Source of the DNA: a bacterium
GTDB taxonomy: Bacteria; Patescibacteriota; Minisyncoccia; Phycocordibacterales; CAIZLB01
Direction: 5' to 3'
DNA length: 64,000 bases
NCBI GenBank assembly: GCA_043745355.1
Contig: JAYTSY010000009.1
Location: 17,783-81,782 of the forward strand
Below are positions 24,396 through 34,647 of this stretch, in pieces; position 1 is the first letter of the stretch; every line of letters begins with the position of its first letter. The position numbers were made by a program, and so were the translations under genes. The notes under the pieces were generated by a model. The model was not told the DNA's origin. It searched no databases and saw only the letters and a list, made by a program, of their open reading frames with translations.

Positions 24396-26267
24396 CTACA
24401 CGCGAGAGTTAAGGGTTTTGAACTTCTCCGCGATCTGACGAAGTTCGTCTTGTTCTGGCAGAGGTCGGAAGCAATACCTTGCGGTTGCTTCTCCGAAAAC
24501 CTCCTGCATCAGTTCTAGACGAGGATCTTCCTTGTCGGTGCCCCACTCGATAAAGTCATGTTCTGACTTGTTGAAGAGCGGGTGCTCGGTTGCCCAGTTG
24601 AGACTGACGACCTGTGGATTTCCATATTTCTCTTTCCACAGAGCGAGAGTATCCAAATGGAGCATCCTTTCGTCATGACTTTCGCCAAGGCCGAAAAGAA
24701 CCGATACGCCGAAGGATAGACCAGCCTCGTGAATGAACTCGAAGGCTTTTTCGTTTTGGTTTAACCACGGGATTCCTTTGGAACGGTTTTTGCTGAGAGC
24801 GATTGCAGCTGCTGGATTGATCGTTTCCATTCCAGCATAGATGTAGCACAGTCCGTGCTTCTGCAATCGAATAATCGCACTTTGGACACGATTGTTGGTA
24901 AGGTCAGGTATGGTGAACTGACCGCCAAATTTCATGTAGAAGTTTGATTTTTCCATCAGATCGGCAAGGCGATCCAACTGCTGAGGGCTACCCGTAAGGA
25001 GAATTGAATCCTCCACAAAGGCACTCATCAAACAATTGTTTTCCTCACCGATTTTATTAACCGCACAAAGCTGACGAAACAGACGATCTGCGCCTGTTGA
25101 AGGTTGTTGCATGAGTCCTGCTACCCCGCGGCGCTCGCTACAGAAGTCGCAATCACGCACGCAACCTCTACCTGAATCACTATAGACGTGTGCTGTGTAG
25201 TCCGTCTTGAAGATTGGAAATCGGGAATCTACCCCGAACACTTCAGCAGGGATCGGAAGATTATCTCGGTCAATCGACCTTGATGCGACCACGGTCTCGA
25301 TGTCGTTTGAGTGGTTGATCCAGCCAAGGCACCAGGTGCCGAGAGCTGAAGCAACTTCATCCATGTGCTTATAAATTTCGCTGGGCGACGAACCTTCTTT
25401 TGCAAGACGGCCAATCACTTCTGCGATCTTCAGTGACACATATTCTCCGTCGCCAGAGACAACGATATCGAAAACTGGATCGATCTTCTTTTCCTGCATC
25501 AGCTTCAAGGGTGATGCCTTATGATGCATTGGGGTTTGTCCGTCCATGTAAAATGTTTCATTCACATGTTTGCCCCCTAGCACCACGAGCACCTCGTCTC
25601 CGAAGAGACGCTTTGCTGTTTTTCCAATCTCCAGCGCTCCGGGGAACGACAGAGTCATTGATCCCAGGAAGAGGACATTAGGCTGAATAGCCAGCAGTCG
25701 TTCCTCGAGATGTGAAGCGTTGTCTTCGTAATCGTCAACGAGGATGATTGATTCACCGAGAAGACCGAAGTCTTCCCAGTTGCATTCAAGTTTTCCTTGC
25801 TGAGCTTCTTCTGCCAAGCACCTCATCGCATTTTGTAGCGAAAAAGGTGTTCGACTGTTGAGGCTTTGACGTTCCGTTGATGCTTTGTAGCTTCGTTCCC
25901 AATACGGTGCGGCGATGGCGCAGATGCGCAAGCTGTAGTCGCGATGACGTTTTCCAGCGGAGACAATTTCTTGCCTCTCTGAATTGATCGGCGCGACATA
26001 GACGAGGATCTGCTGGAAATGGAGTGAGGTGTGACTTTCGCCAGGCAGGCTGGTTTCCGTCCACCCTAATCCATACTCCAGATACATCGACACTTTGACA
26101 GCCGATGCCTCGATCACGACGGGCTCGGTAACTTTCTTGCCTTGGAAGACAACTTGTCCGCCGAACTCGTTGTTGATCGGTTCAATGACTGTCTGCCAGC
26201 GGGTGCTGGTAGTGAAATTTGCGGCCATCAGTGAGATGACCACAAGAATTGCGGTTATGGTTTTCAT
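24396..26267 (-). CDS. B12-binding-domain radical SAM protein with an N-terminal signal/TM and a domain of about 190 aa of unknown function
   Basis: CxxxCxxC motif (GCVRDCDFCSERR), preceded by a Rossmann-like LVVLGGKHVNE segment typical of class B rSAM. The N-terminus is MKTITAILVVISLMAANF. Confidence 0.8.
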   Translation of the reverse strand: MKTITAILVVISLMAANFTTSTRWQTVIEPINNEFGGQVVFQGKKVTEPVVIEASAVKVSMYLEYGLGWTETSLPGESHTSLHFQQILVYVAPINSERQEIVSAGKRHRDYSLRICAIAAPYWERSYKASTERQSLNSRTPFSLQNAMRCLAEEAQQGKLECNWEDFGLLGESIILVDDYEDNASHLEERLLAIQPNVLFLGSMTLSFPGALEIGKTAKRLFGDEVLVVLGGKHVNETFYMDGQTPMHHKASPLKLMQEKKIDPVFDIVVSGDGEYVSLKIAEVIGRLAKEGSSPSEIYKHMDEVASALGTWCLGWINHSNDIETVVASRSIDRDNLPIPAEVFGVDSRFPIFKTDYTAHVYSDSGRGCVRDCDFCSERRGVAGLMQQPSTGADRLFRQLCAVNKIGEENNCLMSAFVEDSILLTGSPQQLDRLADLMEKSNFYMKFGGQFTIPDLTNNRVQSAIIRLQKHGLCYIYAGMETINPAAAIALSKNRSKGIPWLNQNEKAFEFIHEAGLSFGVSVLFGLGESHDERMLHLDTLALWKEKYGNPQVVSLNWATEHPLFNKSEHDFIEWGTDKEDPRLELMQEVFGEATARYCFRPLPEQDELRQIAEKFKTLNSRV

Positions 26268-26431
26268 AGAGCTGTATGTGGGTTTCTGCGGGTTTGAGGT
26301 TTCTGAAATCTAAATGAACTATATCATATTTTATACTATATGTCAAAATATGCGTAATATTCGCACTTTTCAGCAAAATATGCTTGCAGGTCTTGCATTC
26401 TCCTCGTTGCTATAGTAATCTATGGTCTCAA

Positions 26432-26851
26432 ATGCCAACATTAAATCAACTTATCAAGCGAAAGCGCTCTAAGACTGCTCGAAAGAGTAAGGCTATTGCC
26501 CTTACTCGAGGTTTCAACGTTCTCAAAAACCGACCAATCTTCTTTGATGCACCATTCAAACGAGGTGTGTGCACAAAGGTAACTACAAAGACTCCTCGTA
26601 AGCCTAACTCTGCTATTCGAAAGATCTGCCGTGTTCGACTTACTAACGGCATGGAAGTTACTGCATACATCCCAGGTGAGGGACACAACTTGCAGGAACA
26701 CTCAGTGGTATTGCTCCGAGGTGGTCGTGTAAAGGACGTAGGAATCCGATATACGGTTGTTCGAGGAAAGCTCGACTGTGCTGGTGTTGAAAAGCGCCGA
26801 AAGCAGCGATCAGCATACGGAACAAAGAAGCCAAAGGTAGCAAAGAAGTAA
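26432..26851 (+). CDS. rpsL: 30S ribosomal protein S12
   Basis: [12 protein letters not shown]...PNSAIRK...GGRVKD. Confidence 0.95.
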   Translation: MPTLNQLIKRKRSKTARKSKAIALTRGFNVLKNRPIFFDAPFKRGVCTKVTTKTPRKPNSAIRKICRVRLTNGMEVTAYIPGEGHNLQEHSVVLLRGGRVKDVGIRYTVVRGKLDCAGVEKRRKQRSAYGTKKPKVAKK

Positions 26852-26960
26852 TCGGGGGGTGACGGACAAATCCATACTATAGAGTAAGTATCCCGCGAAG
26901 CGGCGAGATAACTGAATAAAATCTATAGACATTATTACAGATAATTTAACCAATAAAGAA

Positions 26961-27431
26961 ATGCGAAGAAAAGTAAAAAATCGAAATGTAGCGAAAGCTG
27001 ATTCTAAATATAACTCTGACACAATCGGAAAGTTTATTAACTATTGTATGTGGGATGGAAAGAAGGAGACTGCTACGCGTGTAGTGTACGATTCACTTGA
27101 GGCAATCAAGGAAAAGGCAAAGACAGAGAACCCTATTGAAATATTTGATACTGCAATCAAGAACGCAGGTCCATCAGTTGAAGTACGATCACGACGGGTG
27201 GGTGGTGCAAACTATCAAGTTCCACGAGAAGTACGACCTGAACGACGTACATATCTTGCTATGAAGTGGATCATTGACGGTGCACGAGCAAAAAAGGGAC
27301 AGGCAATGCACTTGAAACTAGCAGATGAGCTCATCGCTGCTTCAAAAAATGAAGGTGAAGCTATCAAGAAGCGAGACAATACTCACAAGATGGCAGAAGC
27401 CAACAAGGCGTTTGCACACTTTGCGTGGTAA
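26961..27431 (+). CDS. rpsG: 30S ribosomal protein S7
   Basis: Typical S7 sequence (VEVRSRRVGGANYQVP). Confidence 0.95.
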   Translation: MRRKVKNRNVAKADSKYNSDTIGKFINYCMWDGKKETATRVVYDSLEAIKEKAKTENPIEIFDTAIKNAGPSVEVRSRRVGGANYQVPREVRPERRTYLAMKWIIDGARAKKGQAMHLKLADELIAASKNEGEAIKKRDNTHKMAEANKAFAHFAW

Positions 27432-27440
27432 TTCACAAAT

Positions 27441-27529
27441 AACAAAAGAGCCTTGGCTCGTTCGCCCCACAACCTTAAGACTCAAGTCTCAAAGGAATGA
27501 TGCGCAAACGTCGCCAAGGCTCTTTTGTT
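27441..27529. terminator. long hairpin between the convergent rpsG and TrmB-like genes
   Basis: Perfect 17-bp arms AACAAAAGAGCCTTGGC (27441-27457) and GCCAAGGCTCTTTTGTT (27513-27529) with a 55-nt loop. An A-run and a T-run flank it. Confidence 0.6.
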
Positions 27530-27540
27530 ATTTATACTGT

Positions 27541-28338
27541 CTATTTACTCAATGCCACCGACTGCCACGAGAGATTGAATATCGTAGTCATCATATTATG
27601 AATATTTTCATCCTCAATGATGGTTCCAATTGCATTCGTCTTTGAGAGATTAACAATCGATACTTTGTTTTTCGCATAGATAACAATTTCGCCAGACATT
27701 GGAAACGTTTCCTTTGGTGCAAAGCGGAGATCTAGCCACACTTTTTTGGAGATATCCCCGTATCGTATCTCATTGAACTTTCTCCCCATTTCATTGTCGA
27801 TGGTGATTCCTCTTGTCGTCACGTTATATTTCTCTTTCTTCTTTACATATTCATCAAAGAAGTCTTTAGGGAGGTATTCCATGAGCTCTGATGCATCTGC
27901 CCAAGCAAGCATCTCGTATGATTTTTTCGTGGAGTAATGATCCTCATATATTTCCATGATACCCTCCACTCCTTCGTAATAGGTTATCTTAGGTTTCTCG
28001 CCAAGCATTCCATGGAGTTCTTTAATATCAGGGAGTATGGCTTTTGCGGTTTCAAATGAGTCTTCCGCCATCTTCACTTTATCCGATGCATACTTGATGA
28101 ATCTTTCTGGTTTCTCGATTTGATAGAAAAGCTTGTTTCGCTTCTCGATCTCATTCACAAGGTTCCTGACTGAGAGGTTGAGGAGGACCTTGTAGACTGT
28201 GCTCCGGTTTAGCTCTGTGTATTCGGCAAGGCGGGAAGGGAATGCTCCTCCTAGCTCCAAAAGGGCTAAATATACAAGAGCTTCCTTGTCGGAAAAGCCA
28301 GTAGCTTCCAGTTTTTTGAGAAAAGCAGGGTTTTTCAT
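27541..28338 (-). CDS. TrmB-like transcriptional regulator (paralog)
   Basis: GFSDKEALVYLALLELG...RSTVYKVLLNL HTH and a C-terminal YYEGVEG domain. Confidence 0.7.
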   Translation of the reverse strand: MKNPAFLKKLEATGFSDKEALVYLALLELGGAFPSRLAEYTELNRSTVYKVLLNLSVRNLVNEIEKRNKLFYQIEKPERFIKYASDKVKMAEDSFETAKAILPDIKELHGMLGEKPKITYYEGVEGIMEIYEDHYSTKKSYEMLAWADASELMEYLPKDFFDEYVKKKEKYNVTTRGITIDNEMGRKFNEIRYGDISKKVWLDLRFAPKETFPMSGEIVIYAKNKVSIVNLSKTNAIGTIIEDENIHNMMTTIFNLSWQSVALSK

Positions 28339-28486
28339 TGCTTAAGCATAAGATATTGCCTATTTTTGTCAATACTAACGAACAAAATAGTCTATATACT
28401 ATAGATATGGCTAATATTAAGACTAATATGTGGTGCATATGTTCACTGGAAAATACAGATATTGAAACATGTGTTATATTTTGCTC

Positions 28487-29605
28487 ATGAAAAAAATAAC
28501 AACAATCATTATCGCAGTTTTGGTCCTTATCGGCGCCATTTGGGGTATATCAAATCTCAGAGAGTCCAACAATGGTCCAGTAACTAAACCTGTCATTACC
28601 ATAGGTGTCACCCTTCCATTGACGGGAGACGTGGCAATGCTCGGCCAGAGCAACAAGAAGGCGATTCTTTTAGCCCAAGCGCAACTTCCAAAGAATGCCA
28701 AGTACGACTATAAGCTTGTGTTTGAGGATGACCAGTTTAAGTTGGCTATAGGAGCAACGACTGCAAATAAACTTATCAGTGTGGATCATGCCTCTGCTCT
28801 CATCTCATTTGGATCACCTGTAGGCAACGTAGTGAGCCCGATCGCTGAACAGAATCATATTACTCACATAAACGACTTCGCATCTGATCCTCATGTAGCG
28901 AGTGGTAACTACAACTTCGTAGATTATACACCCGCATATCAGGACTCAAAAGTATTCATCTCTGAATTGAAGAAACGAAACATCCATACATTGGTATTTT
29001 TCGGTCAGCAGGATAACCCTGGTGTTCATGCCATCATTGAGACATTTCTTCGTGATGCATCAAGCACACCAGAAATTAAAGTACTTTCAACACAGATGTT
29101 TAATTCTGGTACTCGGGACTTCCGGACTGAAATCGCTAACGTAAAAGGTCTTAATCCTGATATCTACGTACTTGAAGCAAGCAGTCCTGAGTTAGAAACT
29201 TTGACGCAGCAATTACGACAGGCAGGGATAAAGACTCCAGTTACCACAATGGAAGCGTTTGAATTCTCACCACAACTCTCATTGTTTGAAGGTATGTGGT
29301 ATGTAAACGGTGCTGATCCAGAATCATGGTTTGTTGATACTTATTCAAAGACGTATGGAGAGACTCCGAAGTTCGGTGCAGCAAATGGATATGATTCATT
29401 CAATCTCATTGTGCAGGCAGCAGAAAAAGCAGGAGATGGAAAGACTGTGCCTTCCAGTACAGAAATTCAGCAGGAGTTAAGTAAAATAAAAGGATTTGAT
29501 GGTGCACTCGGCAAGAATTTGAATGTAGGCGCAGATCATCTCGTCGTATCGAATGCTGTTGTTCGAATGATCAAGGATGGTGTGCCGGTGACAATAGGAA
29601 AGTAG
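28487..29605 (+). CDS. ABC transporter substrate-binding protein, Leu/Ile/Val-binding (type 1 PBP) family, paralog 1
   Basis: Signal anchor followed by IGVTLPLTGDVAMLGQ. Divergent from the regulator at 27541-28338. Confidence 0.8.
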   Translation: MKKITTIIIAVLVLIGAIWGISNLRESNNGPVTKPVITIGVTLPLTGDVAMLGQSNKKAILLAQAQLPKNAKYDYKLVFEDDQFKLAIGATTANKLISVDHASALISFGSPVGNVVSPIAEQNHITHINDFASDPHVASGNYNFVDYTPAYQDSKVFISELKKRNIHTLVFFGQQDNPGVHAIIETFLRDASSTPEIKVLSTQMFNSGTRDFRTEIANVKGLNPDIYVLEASSPELETLTQQLRQAGIKTPVTTMEAFEFSPQLSLFEGMWYVNGADPESWFVDTYSKTYGETPKFGAANGYDSFNLIVQAAEKAGDGKTVPSSTEIQQELSKIKGFDGALGKNLNVGADHLVVSNAVVRMIKDGVPVTIGK

Positions 29606-29611
29606 GCAGTA

Positions 29612-29650
29612 AATAAAAACACCGCCAGAGATGGCGGTGTTTTTATTTTC
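29612..29650. terminator. bidirectional terminator between convergent genes
   Basis: ACACCGCCA / TGGCGGTGT stem flanked by A and T runs. Confidence 0.75.
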
Positions 29651-30482
29651 TCTCAATAATATCCCGCATCGCTTTGTTGTGATCGATCTTTCGGCCGCCA
29701 GCTTTGACGAAACTAAACATGTCTTTGAGGAATCCAGTCATGTTGGAGTTTGTGATCTCAATTGCAACTTCTTCTTTCCAGTTGATGATAAGAGTCGTTG
29801 TTTTGAAGAGCCAGATCTCAGCATCATAATTGAATACATTATCAGGAAAAACATGGTAGTCAGCCATGCGGCCTTCGAGACTTTCAATTGCCCCCTCAAA
29901 CTTTTTTGGATCCCTTTTGATGTCTTCTGCGTATTTTCTGTAAGCACTTTCATTGATCAGTCCATCTAAAATGATCTGGTTTGACTTGATTGCTTCATTG
30001 AATTTTCCAATGAGTGTAGATGATGCCTTTTCAACAATTTCCATGAATGATCTATAGTGCTGGATAGCACGAATGCGCTCATTTTTGTTTTCGGATGCGA
30101 TACGAGCATATGCAGGCACGATCTCTCTCGCCCCGATGTGAATGATGAATTCGTCTTCCCTTGAGACTTTTATCTTTACTCCCTTTTTATCCTTATTTGC
30201 GATCTCGATCTCCCCGAGAGCTTCTTTGAGCTTTTGAGTGAGACGCTCAAGGCTGATTGCTATGTATGATCGCCGTTTACCAATGGATTGATGCTCAACA
30301 AGCCCTTTAGCTATGAGGCCCCGAATAGCATGGTTTATGCCAGTTCTAGAGAGGGAAGTAGCCCTTACAATACCCTGAACATTCCTTGGTTCCTCGAGGC
30401 TATTTAGAATAGCAATCTCCGCCGCAGAGAGATTGAGCATTTTGAGTGAATTATTGTTCCAATCCATGCCAAAAGTATACAT
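29643..30482 (-). CDS. winged-helix (TrmB/MarR-like) regulator (paralog)
   Basis: LSAAEIAILNSL...LSRTGINHAIRGLIAKGLV HTH. Confidence 0.6.
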   Translation of the reverse strand: MYTFGMDWNNNSLKMLNLSAAEIAILNSLEEPRNVQGIVRATSLSRTGINHAIRGLIAKGLVEHQSIGKRRSYIAISLERLTQKLKEALGEIEIANKDKKGVKIKVSREDEFIIHIGAREIVPAYARIASENKNERIRAIQHYRSFMEIVEKASSTLIGKFNEAIKSNQIILDGLINESAYRKYAEDIKRDPKKFEGAIESLEGRMADYHVFPDNVFNYDAEIWLFKTTTLIINWKEEVAIEITNSNMTGFLKDMFSFVKAGGRKIDHNKAMRDIIERK

Positions 30483-30632
30483 ATGACTATAAAATAGTCA
30501 AATAAGAATAACGAATATGCGCTTATAAATATAGCTTTATTTGGGTTTATTGTTCAAAATATAGTATTGACACGACTATATATACGTTGCTTGATATGAT
30601 ATTGAGGTCTTATAAACGTAAATATTAATTAT

Positions 30633-31097
30633 ATGCAAAATACAACCACAGTAGTTAAGGGTATGGAGGGGTTTGAAAAGTTCGCGCCTTTCCTTGCCCC
30701 ACGATCTATTTCTGTTAATACCCCATGCGAAGGCTTTTCAGTCATTCAGCTTGGGCCATTTAATAAAAGATCGGAGGATGATGTTGCCGCAGCGTCTATC
30801 GTTTTGCTTGAAGTCGGAGGAGAGCATCCTCAGCACAAGCATGAGAAGTCTTATGCAACATTTCATTTCTTGTGCGGTAAAGGTCATGTGATCCTCGGGG
30901 ACGACCAAAAAAGAGTTCCGTATACAGCCGGAACAATAATGGATGTTCCCCGCGGAATGCTACATGGGTTTGCTCCGGAAGAAAGCGGAGTAATGCTCTC
31001 AACTCAGAAAGGAGAACCGATCATCGCAGAGAGCGGTGAAACAGATATCGAGTATGTTGATGCACGATGCTTTACAGAACATGGCACGGTACTCTAG
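30633..31097 (+). CDS. cupin-domain protein
   Basis: Cupin-like His cluster (GGEHPQHKHEKS ... MLHGF). Confidence 0.6.
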   Translation: MQNTTTVVKGMEGFEKFAPFLAPRSISVNTPCEGFSVIQLGPFNKRSEDDVAAASIVLLEVGGEHPQHKHEKSYATFHFLCGKGHVILGDDQKRVPYTAGTIMDVPRGMLHGFAPEESGVMLSTQKGEPIIAESGETDIEYVDARCFTEHGTVL

Positions 31098-31131
31098 AAA
31101 GTCTTAAAAATTAAATTAAACATTAAATAAA

Positions 31132-32250
31132 ATGAAGAATTATAAAATACCAGTTATTGTCCTTATTGTGTTAGCTATTGTTGTCGGAGTCTTGTATTCC
31201 AATAACAAAAAAGTTGATACAGCAGGATTGAAAATCGGAGTCATTGCACCACTCACGGGCGATTTCGGCGCGGTGGGTGAAAATGTAGTCAAAGGAATCA
31301 AAGCTGCACAGGCTGTGTATGCAGAGAAGTCAGGGCAAATGATCCCGATCATTGTTGAAGATGATAGTGCAGATGCTGCAAAAGGATTGAGTGCTTACAA
31401 AAAACTGACAGAAGTTGACCGTGTTAATGGTCTCATAAATACATTCACATCAACAATGGATGCAATCTATCAGCCTGTAAGGCAAGCAGAGTATCCGACA
31501 ATGATGGAATTCTTCCAAGCCAACAATGTCGCTGATGATAATGTATTTCAAATGACGCTCGGTAATGACAATGTGTGGGATCGATATGCAAAATATATTT
31601 CAAATTCAAAGTATGATTTGTCTCGGGTAGTGATTGTACATTCAGTTGATGCCGCACAAGCATCGTTTGCTACAGCATTCAATGCTGAGTACAAAAAACC
31701 TGTTACTACTATTGTCGCTTCATCTGATAAAAATGGCTTGCGAGGGGATGCAGCTAAAATTGCTGCACTCAAACCAACAATGGTCATTTTCTTTATGACA
31801 CCTGAGAACGGTGCGATTCTAACAAAAGAAGTGTTGCCACTCATCAGTACGTCGACTCAACTCGTCTATGACATTCAGCTTTACACTGGCCTTACACAGT
31901 ACCAGCAGCAGCTTGGTGGTGATCTCTCTAAAATAAACGGAGCAATCAATATCATGTTCGAAGGCGATAAAACAAGTACTGAATACCAGAAGTTCATTTC
32001 AACATACAAGAAATTGTATCCGAATGAAGAACCCGGCTTCCTCGCTGATTATGGCTATGACTCTTTCATGACTTATGTTCACACATACAATAAAGATAAT
32101 GCAAAATGGGTAGCGAATCTAAAGTCAGACGATGAAAAAGGAGCAAGTGGAGAAGTGAAGTTCGATAAGAATGGAATCCGTATTGTTCCACTTGTAATCA
32201 AGAAAGTGATTGATGGGAAGTCGGTGACGATTGATAGTTTGCCCTTGTAA
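31132..32250 (+). CDS. ABC transporter substrate-binding protein, Leu/Ile/Val-binding family, paralog 2
   Basis: Signal anchor followed by IGVIAPLTGDFGAVGE. Confidence 0.8.
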   Translation: MKNYKIPVIVLIVLAIVVGVLYSNNKKVDTAGLKIGVIAPLTGDFGAVGENVVKGIKAAQAVYAEKSGQMIPIIVEDDSADAAKGLSAYKKLTEVDRVNGLINTFTSTMDAIYQPVRQAEYPTMMEFFQANNVADDNVFQMTLGNDNVWDRYAKYISNSKYDLSRVVIVHSVDAAQASFATAFNAEYKKPVTTIVASSDKNGLRGDAAKIAALKPTMVIFFMTPENGAILTKEVLPLISTSTQLVYDIQLYTGLTQYQQQLGGDLSKINGAINIMFEGDKTSTEYQKFISTYKKLYPNEEPGFLADYGYDSFMTYVHTYNKDNAKWVANLKSDDEKGASGEVKFDKNGIRIVPLVIKKVIDGKSVTIDSLPL

Positions 32251-32312
32251 TCTATTCAGTAAATATATTAAAACAAAGTCGTCGCTCCAAGGCGGCGCCT
32301 TTGTGTTAATAT

Positions 32313-33647
32313 ATGTTTATGGAAAAACCTGAATTATATCGTGATGAACTAGCAGAAAAACTTGTCACTGCTCAAAAAGACAGCCGAAAAGAGATGTTGG
32401 AATCTGCCAAAGAAACAGGCGAGTATCAACAAGCATATGAGTTGCATAAAGGAGAAGTAAAAGAGTATGCAATTGCCCGAATTGATGAAAAGGTAGCTGA
32501 ATTAAAGGCAGAAATTGTTCGGCTGGATAGCATGAGGGATTTTTATACCAAACCTTCAGAACCTGGAGATGCAACGAGTGAAGTGCCGGCCACGGCACTT
32601 GATGTAGAAAGAGAACTTATCGAAATTCCTCAGAAATGTGTCCTTGAGACCTTGGCGACGGGAGAAGAAATACAAGAGGTATTGGCTTGTAGATCCTTGG
32701 TAGCATTTAGGGAACATCTCCGACAGCTCATAGAACATTTGTTAAAGGAAAACGGATTAAATAAACTGGAGTTCATCAAGAGGTTAAAACCTGACAGTGA
32801 GAGTGCTCAGCATGAAATAATGCGAACGGTTCTAAGTAGAATCGTAAGTGGAGATAGGCCTATCAGTATAGGTTCATTCCAGCACCGGCATATATTCAAA
32901 GGATTAGGATTGGATATTTCAGATTTCGCATCAAAAATTGAGTCACTTCAAACCAAAGCTAAACTCGATTTTGATATTGTGGAAAATTTCTTCAAGCCAG
33001 AGCGAGTTGTATTAAATGAATTTGCGGGGTCATTGGATAAAATGGATAGAGTTGATTTTTCATCACTTATTTCTTCCCTTCATCAGTTGGATAACGAGGG
33101 AATGAACCTGCCTGAGATAGAAGGCAGTATTCTCAAGTTTAAACCTACCGAGAGGCAGGTATTAGAGGTGCTCGCAGCAGACACTCTCGGGGAATTCAAT
33201 GAAAGATTATCAGTTTTTATTTCAGGACTTCTTGATGCAAATAATCTTAGTCCAAAAGAATTTGCTGAGGAAATCGGAATAGATCCCTCCATCATTCGAA
33301 ACGTAAGGAATGGATCAAGGCCGATAAGTAGTGGTGCCGAACAGCATAAAAAGTTATTCCTAGGATTAGGTCTTGATATTAGACTTTTTGAATCCAGACA
33401 GAGAAAGTTAATAAATGATGTAAAGTTTGGTGAGCAGAAATTGGAGGATTTCAAGTATTCAGATAGGGACATTAAGCCTTATTTACAATTGGTAGCGGAA
33501 CATTTTTCAGATGTTACTGTTGGAGATTTGGTACGTATCGCTCATTTTATTGACGATACTTTTGAAATGATCGACAAAAACAGTAATGTGTTTGTAGAAA
33601 TCCTGAGTAATGAGTTTCCCGATTTGAAGCGGACTAATAAGCAATAA
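32313..33647 (+). CDS. hypothetical protein with two internally repeated HTH-like segments
   Basis: Repeat pair ..IVSGDRPISIGSFQHRHIFKGLGLDISDF.. and ..VRNGSRPISSGAEQHKKLFLGLGLDIRLF.. Confidence 0.55.
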   Translation: MFMEKPELYRDELAEKLVTAQKDSRKEMLESAKETGEYQQAYELHKGEVKEYAIARIDEKVAELKAEIVRLDSMRDFYTKPSEPGDATSEVPATALDVERELIEIPQKCVLETLATGEEIQEVLACRSLVAFREHLRQLIEHLLKENGLNKLEFIKRLKPDSESAQHEIMRTVLSRIVSGDRPISIGSFQHRHIFKGLGLDISDFASKIESLQTKAKLDFDIVENFFKPERVVLNEFAGSLDKMDRVDFSSLISSLHQLDNEGMNLPEIEGSILKFKPTERQVLEVLAADTLGEFNERLSVFISGLLDANNLSPKEFAEEIGIDPSIIRNVRNGSRPISSGAEQHKKLFLGLGLDIRLFESRQRKLINDVKFGEQKLEDFKYSDRDIKPYLQLVAEHFSDVTVGDLVRIAHFIDDTFEMIDKNSNVFVEILSNEFPDLKRTNKQ

Positions 33648-33706
33648 ATAAATATCATGTTAAAGCGCCGCCGTAAGGCGGCGCTTTATGTTAAAATACC
33701 TCCATC

Positions 33707-34588
33707 ATGGACATCGTTCCACAACTCGTAGCCAACAGTATTATTGCAGGTGCGATATATGCTTTGATTGCACTCGGTTTCAATCTTATCTACGGAGCAA
33801 CTAAATTCTTCAACCTTACTCACGGTGTCCTTGCTGCGATCGGTGGATATACCGTCTATGCACTCATCAAGAAGTTAGGACGGCTTGGGACATCAATTCC
33901 TGAGATCATCATCGCTGCAATTGCGGGTATGGCAGTAGCTGCTCTCATAGGATTCTTGCTGGATAGGTTCATTTATAGACCACTACGAGTACGCAGAGCC
34001 TCACCTATGGTGTTCCTTGTAGCATCGCTCGGAGCATTCACCTGTCTCCAAGCGTTTCTCGCTATCATTTTCACTAGTCAGTTTCAAACACTTTCAAGTG
34101 ACGCAGGAGATATTCAGACCTTCCAAGTATATGGTGCCATATTCACTTCAACTCAGCTCATCATTATTGCGTCAACGATCATTGTCATGATCGGACTCGC
34201 TATCCTCAAGAAAACATTATTCGGTAAATCGATAGAGGCACTTTCAGATGATGAACAAGTTGCAAAGATTGTTGGTATAAACACAGAGAAGGTAATCTCA
34301 ATTGTTTTCATTATCGGCTCTGCGATCGCAGGACTTGCAGGAGTACTTGTTGGCTACGATACGGGACTTGAGCCGACCATGGGCATGTCACTTCTTTTGA
34401 AAGGGGTAGTTGCGTCAATCATCGGTGGCATCGGTAATGTGTATGGAGGAGTACTCGGCGCATTCCTTCTCGGTTTCGTTGAGAACTTCGGCATTTGGAA
34501 GATCTCGGGAGAGTGGAAGGATGCGATCGCGTACGGACTACTTATTATATTTTTACTATTCAGACCACAGGGGATTTTGAGGAAGTAA
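33707..34588 (+). CDS. livH: branched-chain amino acid ABC transporter permease (LivH family)
   Basis: QLVANSIIAGAIYALIALGFNLIYG... is a typical LivH N-terminus. Confidence 0.88.
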   Translation: MDIVPQLVANSIIAGAIYALIALGFNLIYGATKFFNLTHGVLAAIGGYTVYALIKKLGRLGTSIPEIIIAAIAGMAVAALIGFLLDRFIYRPLRVRRASPMVFLVASLGAFTCLQAFLAIIFTSQFQTLSSDAGDIQTFQVYGAIFTSTQLIIIASTIIVMIGLAILKKTLFGKSIEALSDDEQVAKIVGINTEKVISIVFIIGSAIAGLAGVLVGYDTGLEPTMGMSLLLKGVVASIIGGIGNVYGGVLGAFLLGFVENFGIWKISGEWKDAIAYGLLIIFLLFRPQGILRK

Positions 34589-34647
34589 GTTCAGTATTAT
34601 TTTAAATTTTATTTATCTGTATTTAATACGCACGATGGTATAGATAA

